Source: Alphaproteobacteria bacterium (GTDB lineage Bacteria; Pseudomonadota; Alphaproteobacteria; Bin95). From it: a DNA stretch of 64,000 bases. The DNA lies in the NCBI GenBank assembly GCA_963665325.3, contig OZ224045.1:2400001-2464000 (forward strand), written 5' to 3'. Made by a program: the position numbers and the translations under genes. The notes below the pieces were generated by a model. The model was not told where the DNA came from, searched no databases, and was given only the letters and a program-made list of their open reading frames with translations. Below, one piece after another: positions 58,006-64,000 of the stretch. Numbering within the stretch: position 1 is the stretch's first letter; the number at the start of each line of letters is the position of its first letter.

Positions 58006-58899
58006 TCAGGCCGCGAGCGGGCGTTCCCCCCGGATCAGGGTGCGGTGCAGGACGCGGGGCTGTGTGGCATCGACTTCCGTGCGGGCGTGCATGGTGCAGC
58101 GATTGTCCCAGATCAGCACGTCGCCCGGTCGCCAGACATGGGTCCAGACGATTGCGGGATCGGTCGCGGCGGCCCAGAGTTCGTCCAGCAACGCCTCGCT
58201 CTCCGCTTCGTCCAGTTCCACGATATGGCTCGACGGCGCCTTGTAGCGGCGCCCGAGATAGAGCGCCGCGCGGCCGGTGACCGGGTGGCGGCGCAAGAGG
58301 GGATGAACCGGACCCGGCACCTCGTCGCGCGAGGCGGGCGCCGTGACGGTGGGCCGGAGGCCGCCGGCGGTGTTGCGCGACGAATCGTGCCGGACAGTGA
58401 GGCCCGGCAGCCGGCGGCGCGTCGCCTCTGGCAGGCGTTCATAGGCGGCGTACTGGTTGGCGAAGGAGGTGTCGCCGCCGCCGTTCACGGGCACCTTGTG
58501 CGCGTAGAGGATCGAGCCTTTCGGGGGCTGTTCGACATAGGAGTTGTCCGTGTGCCAGGTGAGCTCCTGGCTGCCCGTGCCGGCATGGAGCTTCGCCGGC
58601 TTGCCGGTCTCGTCGAGGTTCGAGACGATGGAGATGCCCGGCAGGCGGCTGACGCGCCCGGTCTCCACGCCGTAGCCGCCCTTGAGGTAGTAGGAGCGCG
58701 AGCCCGCCTCCTGCGCGCCCCCCATCGCTTCCGCCAGCGCCAGCAGGTCCTCGTCGGCAAGCGTCTGGTCCCGGAACAGCAGCACAAGATGGTCGGACCA
58801 TGCCCGCTCCAGCGCTTCCGCGTCCAGCGGCCGGGACAGGTCCACGCCGCGGACTTCGGCGCCCAGAGCATCTCCGCTGGGAACGATTTCGAACGCCAT
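58006..58899 (-). CDS. TauD/TfdA-family dioxygenase
   Basis: WHTDNSY, GGDTSFAN, HPLLRRHPVTG, WDNRCTMH-R. Confidence 0.9.
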   Translation of the reverse strand: MAFEIVPSGDALGAEVRGVDLSRPLDAEALERAWSDHLVLLFRDQTLADEDLLALAEAMGGAQEAGSRSYYLKGGYGVETGRVSRLPGISIVSNLDETGKPAKLHAGTGSQELTWHTDNSYVEQPPKGSILYAHKVPVNGGGDTSFANQYAAYERLPEATRRRLPGLTVRHDSSRNTAGGLRPTVTAPASRDEVPGPVHPLLRRHPVTGRAALYLGRRYKAPSSHIVELDEAESEALLDELWAAATDPAIVWTHVWRPGDVLIWDNRCTMHARTEVDATQPRVLHRTLIRGERPLAA

Positions 58900-58970
58900 C
58901 GGTCTCCCTCCCCACCCGTCGGCCTGCCGAGGCTATAGATGTTTCCGCCGCCGTAAAGCCGGCGGGCGCG

Positions 58971-60440
58971 TCACGACCGCCAGAAGTGGGGGGTAAAGAG
59001 GAGGAGGACGCTCAGCACTTCGAGGCGGCCGAGGAGCATGCCGCAGATCAGCACCCATTTGGCCGGGTCGTTGAGCGACGAGAAATTGCCCATCGGGCCG
59101 ATGGTGTCGCCGAGGCCGGGTCCGACATTGGAGATTGCCGTAGCGGCGCCGGACACGGCCGTTTCCAGGTCGAGGCCGGCGATGCCGAGCGCCACCGTAA
59201 TCACGGCGAAAGAGGTGATGAAGAGGAACACGAAACTCGTCACCGAGGTCGCCACCGCCGCCGGGATCGGCTTGCCGGCGTAGTGGGGAACAAAAACGCC
59301 ATGCGGGTGGAGCAGGCGGCCGATCTGGGCGCGCGCCTCCGCAAACAGCACCTGGAGGCGGAACACCTTGATTCCGCAGGTGGTCGAGCCGGCGCAGCCG
59401 CCGATGAACATGAGGCAGAAGAGGGCGGCCGGTGCGAAGCCGCCCCACACGGAAAAGTCGGCGGTCACATAGCCGGTTCCCGTCATATAGGAGGTGGCAT
59501 TGAAGGCTACCTGCCTGAGCGCGACGAACGGGTCCACGGAGTTCACGGCCGCATGGGCCGCCGTCACCACCGCCACCGCCACGCCGAGGATGCCGAGAAA
59601 CGCCTGCACCTGGCTGTCGGAAAGCAGCCTTGCTCCGCGTCCGCGCAGCATCTGGATATAGAGAACGAAGGGCAGCGCCCCGGCGATCATGCCGGCGACG
59701 ATGATCCATTCCACGGCGGGGTTGCGGAACTCGCCGACGGAGCCGTCCATGGTCGAGAAGCCGCCCGTTGCGATCGTCGTCATCGAATGGACCACCGCAT
59801 CGAAGATACCCAGCCCTGCCGCATAGAGGCCGCCGGTCAGCACAATGGTCATGGCAAGATAGATCACCCCGATATGGCCGGCGATCTGCGCGGCCCTGGG
59901 CAGTACCTTCTCGGACCGGTCGCTCGACTCGATCCGGAATATCTGCATGCCGCCGACCCGGAGCAGCGGCGAGACCGCGATCGCGGTGACGATGATGCCC
60001 ATGCCGCCGAGCCATTGCAGCAGCGCGCGCCAGAGGAGGATGCCGGGCGCCATGTCGTCGAGGCCGATAAGCACGGTCGAGCCGGTGGTAGTGATGCCCG
60101 AGACTGCCTCGAACATGGCGTCGGTCACATCCAGATCGATATCCGAAAGCAGCAGCAGGGGCAGGGCGGCGAAAGCGCTGAGCACCACCCAACTCAATAC
60201 CGCCATCAGGAAAGACTGGCGCAGCGTGAGATAGCGGCGCAGTTGCGAACTCGGCCGCGCGGAGCGGCAGACGGCGATCAGGAGGCCGCCGACGAAGAGC
60301 GTAATCGCCGCGCCGATCAGGAAGACGGTCGATTCCGACTCGACGCGGTCCGCTTCGACTGCGGCGGGCAGCAACATGGCCGCGGCGAGCATGACCAGCA
60401 GCCAGCCGATAATGAAAAAGACCGGTCGAACGTCGATCAT
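58971..60440 (-). CDS. trkH: Trk potassium uptake membrane protein
   Basis: FEAVSGITTTG, LQWLGGMG, IATGGFS, GGCAGST, NVGPG, GRLE. Confidence 0.93.
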   Translation of the reverse strand: MIDVRPVFFIIGWLLVMLAAAMLLPAAVEADRVESESTVFLIGAAITLFVGGLLIAVCRSARPSSQLRRYLTLRQSFLMAVLSWVVLSAFAALPLLLLSDIDLDVTDAMFEAVSGITTTGSTVLIGLDDMAPGILLWRALLQWLGGMGIIVTAIAVSPLLRVGGMQIFRIESSDRSEKVLPRAAQIAGHIGVIYLAMTIVLTGGLYAAGLGIFDAVVHSMTTIATGGFSTMDGSVGEFRNPAVEWIIVAGMIAGALPFVLYIQMLRGRGARLLSDSQVQAFLGILGVAVAVVTAAHAAVNSVDPFVALRQVAFNATSYMTGTGYVTADFSVWGGFAPAALFCLMFIGGCAGSTTCGIKVFRLQVLFAEARAQIGRLLHPHGVFVPHYAGKPIPAAVATSVTSFVFLFITSFAVITVALGIAGLDLETAVSGAATAISNVGPGLGDTIGPMGNFSSLNDPAKWVLICGMLLGRLEVLSVLLLFTPHFWRS

Positions 60441-60456
60441 GACGCGCGGGGACGGC

Positions 60457-60849
60457 TCAGTGGATCGACTCCGCCGACCAGGGGCTGTCGAGCGAGAAGG
60501 CCGGAATGTCGATCTCGAACCGTTCGCCGTTCTCGCGCACCATCAGGTATTGCCCGACCATGAAACCGGACGCGGTCGGCAGCGGCGCGCCACTGGAATA
60601 CTCGAAGCTCTCGCCGGGCCTGAGCACGGGCTGCTTGCCGACGACGCCGGGGCCGCGCACCTCTTCGGCGCGGCCGAGCGCATCGGTGATCCGCCAGTAG
60701 CGCGACAGCAGCTGCACGGTGCCGTCACCCTCGTTCGCGATCTCGATATGATAGGCCCAGAAGTAGCGCCCCTCCGCCGGATCGGAATGGTCTTCCAGAT
60801 ATTCAGGGCGGACGCGCACACGCAGGTTTGCGGTCGTCTTCTCATACAT
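60457..60849 (-). CDS. apaG: ApaG protein
   Basis: YFWAY-I-I-N, QLLSRYW-ITD, GPGVVGKQP, FEY-SG, IPAFSL. Confidence 0.93.
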   Translation of the reverse strand: MYEKTTANLRVRVRPEYLEDHSDPAEGRYFWAYHIEIANEGDGTVQLLSRYWRITDALGRAEEVRGPGVVGKQPVLRPGESFEYSSGAPLPTASGFMVGQYLMVRENGERFEIDIPAFSLDSPWSAESIH

Positions 60850-61069
60850 GATGATTTGCTCCCGGAACGGTATTGTCCGGCATCGGCAACGCCTAAAGCA
60901 AGTCCCGAGAGCCGCCGTGCAAACGGCCCCCGTGCCCGGTTGGAGGAAGCAGGTCGGCCTTTCGTGCAAGACCGCGCTCAGCTATAGAGAGCGCTCCCGC
61001 CACCCGTTGCCGCCCCCCATGTTTTCCGGCTCCGCGCTCCTGTTCCGTCCTGCCGCCGGCCGAGGCTAG

Positions 61070-62038
61070 ATGCGGGTTTTCCGAAAATTCGCTGAACTGC
61101 CCGAGGACTCCCGGGGCGCCGTCGCGGCGCTCGGCAATTTCGACGGCGTGCATGGCGGCCACCGCGCGGTATTCGACGCGTGCCGGGACATCGCCGGCGG
61201 CGCCCCGCTGGCGGCGCTTACCTTCGAGCCGCACCCGCGCAGCTATTTCCGCCCGGATGACCCGCCGTTCCGGCTGACCTCGCTCCAGGGCAAGATATAC
61301 CAGCTGGAGCCGCTTGGGCTCGACCTGCTCTATGTGCTGGATTTCGACGAAGCGATGGCGGCGCGCTCGCCGGAGGCGTTCGCCCGCGAGGTGCTGGCGG
61401 AAGGGCTCGGCGTCTCGCGCGCTGTTGTCGGCGACGACTTCCGCTTCGGCCGCGGCCGGGCCGGCCGGCCGGAGGACCTCGCTGCGTTCGGCGGGGAATA
61501 CGGGTTCGCCGTCACCGTGATGCCGGATGTGATCGCGCCCGACGGCATCGGGTTTTCCTCGACGCGGGTGCGCGAGCACCTGGCCGGCGGCCGTCCCGTG
61601 GAAGCCGCGTGCCTGCTGGGCCATCCCTGGGAGATCGAAGGCCGGGTCGAGACCGGGGCGCGCCTCGGTCGGACCATCGGCTTTCCCACCGCCAATCTCG
61701 GCCTCGGCGACCTGTTGGTGCCGGCCCTCGGCGTCTATGCCGTCAACGCCGGCCTGGAAGAAGAGTCCGGCTGGGTGTGGCGCGATGCGGTCGCCAATCT
61801 CGGTGTGCGGCCCACCGTGGACGGCGAGAAACTGACATTCGAGGTCCATGTCTTCGACTTCTCGGAGGACATTTACGGCCGCGCGCTTCGCGTCCGCATG
61901 CTCGACTTCATCCGCCCTGAACGGCGGTTCGACGGCCTCGATGCGCTGAAGGCGCAGATTGCCGCGGACTGTGACACCGCCCGCGCCATGCTAGCGGACA
62001 GTCCGGCGGCAGCCGTCAGAGCAGGTCCCGCAACATAG
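61070..62038 (+). CDS. ribF: Bifunctional riboflavin kinase/FAD synthetase
   Basis: GNFDGVHGGH, TFEPHP, SSTRVR, GRTIGFPTAN, IRPERRF. Confidence 0.95.
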   Translation: MRVFRKFAELPEDSRGAVAALGNFDGVHGGHRAVFDACRDIAGGAPLAALTFEPHPRSYFRPDDPPFRLTSLQGKIYQLEPLGLDLLYVLDFDEAMAARSPEAFAREVLAEGLGVSRAVVGDDFRFGRGRAGRPEDLAAFGGEYGFAVTVMPDVIAPDGIGFSSTRVREHLAGGRPVEAACLLGHPWEIEGRVETGARLGRTIGFPTANLGLGDLLVPALGVYAVNAGLEEESGWVWRDAVANLGVRPTVDGEKLTFEVHVFDFSEDIYGRALRVRMLDFIRPERRFDGLDALKAQIAADCDTARAMLADSPAAAVRAGPAT

Positions 62039-62417
62039 CGACCAGCGGCCGGTCCGCCGGCGGCATGGGCCAGTCACGCATCTCGTTCGGCCGCACCCAG
62101 GCCAGGCGCTGGCCTTCCCTCGGCCGGGGAACGCCCTGCCAGACGCGGCACACGTAAAGCGGCATCAGCAGATGGAAGTCGGGATAGGCGTGGCTCGCGA
62201 AAGTGAGCGGCGCGAGGCAGGAGGCTTCCGTGTCGATGTCGAGCTCTTCCTTGAGCTCGCGCAACAGGGCCGCCTCGGGCGTCTCACCGGGCCCGGGCTT
62301 GCCGCCGGGGAATTCCCACAGCCCCGCCATCGCCTTGCCTTCCGGGCGTTGCGCCAGCAGAACGCGCCCGTCGCGGTCCACCAGGGCGGCGGCAACGACC
62401 AGCAGCACCTCGCTCAA
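62016..62417 (-). CDS. mutT: 8-oxo-dGTP diphosphatase
   Basis: WEFPGGK-GETPE-RELKEE; TTGA overlap with the argJ stop. Confidence 0.88.
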   Translation of the reverse strand: MSEVLLVVAAALVDRDGRVLLAQRPEGKAMAGLWEFPGGKPGPGETPEAALLRELKEELDIDTEASCLAPLTFASHAYPDFHLLMPLYVCRVWQGVPRPREGQRLAWVRPNEMRDWPMPPADRPLVAMLRDLL

Positions 62418-63637
62418 GAACGGTAGGACCCGTTGATGTCGATGTAGCCGTGGGTCAGGTCGCAGGTCCACACGATCGCCTTGCCGCGCCCGACGCCGAC
62501 ATCGACCGCAATGCCGATGTCCTGTCCCTGCATGTGCCGGGCGACAGGCGTCTCGTCATAGCCCGGCACCACCTGGCCGTCCCGGGTGATCTCCACCCCG
62601 CCGATGGCGATGCGGAGCGCGTCCCGGTCGGCCTTCTCGCCGGCCTTGCCGACCGCCATGACGATCCGGCCCCAATTGGCGTCCTCGCCGGCAATGGAGG
62701 TCTTGACCAGCGGCGAGTTGGCGATGGCAAGGCCGATGCGCTGTGCTGCGCGGGCGGAGGCCGCTCCAGAGACGGCGATCTCCACGAATTTCGATGCTCC
62801 CTCGCCATCGCGCACAATCTGGTGCGCCAGGTCGCGGCAGACTGCCTCCAGCGCCCGGGCGAAGCCGCGCAGCATGGAGACATCGGGCTCCGGATTGCCG
62901 GCTGCGCCGGTCGCAGCAACCAGCACCGTGTCGCTGGTCGAGGTGTCGCTGTCCACCGTGATGGCGTTGAAGCTGCGCTCGACCGCCCGGCTCGTCAGCC
63001 TCTGCAACAGGTCGGCGGGCACCGCGGCATCGGTGAAGACATAGGCCAGCATCGTGGCCATGTCCGGCGCGATCATGCCGGAGCCCTTGGCGATACCTGC
63101 AATCGTCACCGTCTCGCCGCCGATCCTCGCGGTCGCGGAGGCGCCCTTGGGAAAGGTGTCGGTCGTCATGATGGCGCGCGCCGCCGCCTCCCATGCGCCG
63201 GGCGCGAGAGCCCGCACAAGCCCCGGCAGCCTCTCGACGATGGTGCTCTCCGCCGGCAAAGGCTCGCCGATCACACCGGTGGAGGACACGAAGACCTCGC
63301 GCTCGGCGCATCCGAGCCCGGCGGCTGCGGCCGCGACGGTGTGCTCCACCGCGGCCCTGCCGAGCCGGCCCGTGAAGGCGTTGGCATTGCCGGAGTTGAC
63401 CACCATTGCCCGGGCGCGTCCGCCGGCCAGCGCCTCCCGGCACCACTCGACCGGCGCCGAGGCGGTAAGCGAGCGGGTGAGCGTGCCGGCAATGGCCGTA
63501 CCGGGAGCGAGCTCGGCCAGCAGCAGGTCGTCGCGGCCCTTGTAGCGGATGCCGGCATTGGTCGTGGCGACGCGGACGCCGCCGATTTCCGGCAATTCCG
63601 GGAAGCGCCCGGGCGCCAGGGGAGAAATCGTGTTCAT
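62414..63637 (-). CDS. argJ: Ornithine acetyltransferase / N-acetylglutamate synthase
   Basis: NSGNANA, SSTGVIG, KGSGMIAPDMATML, DTSTSD, DGEGA, DANWGR, INGSYRS. Confidence 0.96.
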   Translation of the reverse strand: MNTISPLAPGRFPELPEIGGVRVATTNAGIRYKGRDDLLLAELAPGTAIAGTLTRSLTASAPVEWCREALAGGRARAMVVNSGNANAFTGRLGRAAVEHTVAAAAAGLGCAEREVFVSSTGVIGEPLPAESTIVERLPGLVRALAPGAWEAAARAIMTTDTFPKGASATARIGGETVTIAGIAKGSGMIAPDMATMLAYVFTDAAVPADLLQRLTSRAVERSFNAITVDSDTSTSDTVLVAATGAAGNPEPDVSMLRGFARALEAVCRDLAHQIVRDGEGASKFVEIAVSGAASARAAQRIGLAIANSPLVKTSIAGEDANWGRIVMAVGKAGEKADRDALRIAIGGVEITRDGQVVPGYDETPVARHMQGQDIGIAVDVGVGRGKAIVWTCDLTHGYIDINGSYRS

Positions 63638-64000
63638 TGCGATTCCGCCGTTCCGTCGGGATTCAGGAGTTCGATCTCCGTGCCGGCGCGAAGCGTGTTC
63701 AGATGCTCCTGGAGGATGCGCTCGCTGAGCTGGCGTGCGAGCGGTCCCCGCACCTGGAGGAATTTCGGCGCCGGGGGCCGTTCGCTCCCGTGCAGCAGGA
63801 TGATGTGCCAGCCGAACTCGGTCTTGACCGGCTCGGCCGTATAGGACCCCGGCTCCAGCGCAAGCGCGGCTTTCTCGAAGGCCGGGATCATGGCGCCCTT
63901 GCCGAAGGCGCCGAGATCGCCGCCGCGCGACTTGCTGGGTCCTATGGAGTGTTGTTCGGCGAGCGCGGCGAAGTCGCCGCCCTTGTCGAGCTCGGTGATC
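63634..64000 (-). CDS. Parvulin/PpiC-type peptidyl-prolyl isomerase (5' part beyond the window)
   Basis: DFAALAEQHS, GGDLG, FEKAA, PVKTEFGWHII. Confidence 0.85.
   Translation of the reverse strand, partial: ITELDKGGDFAALAEQHSIGPSKSRGGDLGAFGKGAMIPAFEKAALALEPGSYTAEPVKTEFGWHIILLHGSERPPAPKFLQVRGPLARQLSERILQEHLNTLRAGTEIELLNPDGTAESQ

Noticed and set aside
1-64000. CRISPR array, rRNA or prophage
   Set aside because: No regularly spaced repeats, rRNA signatures or phage structural genes were noticed.

Overview
High-GC bacterial DNA, probably an alphaproteobacterium (inferred from the PPIase-argJ-mutT, ribF, apaG and cobD-type genes). Most of the window is catabolic and transport genes: CoA transferases, TctABC, TauD/PhyH dioxygenases, a Mo/W uptake supercluster and a polar amino-acid ABC system, plus tRNA-Gln(TTG). 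The standout is an IS-scarred accessory region at about 19.2-35.6 kb carrying a sterol biosynthesis cluster. It contains an ERG6-like C-24 sterol methyltransferase and a convergent five-gene operon: SdmB-like SDR, SdmA-like Rieske oxygenase, ERG24/FACKEL-like C-14 reductase, CYP51, and a single-polypeptide squalene epoxidase-oxidosqualene cyclase fusion. Next to it is an AT-richer module encoding a GPP34 (GOLPH3/Vps74-like)-cytochrome P450 fusion, cleanly split by an 837-bp IS5-family element, and an MMPL/RND transporter. All calls come from motif recognition by eye; no database searches were run.
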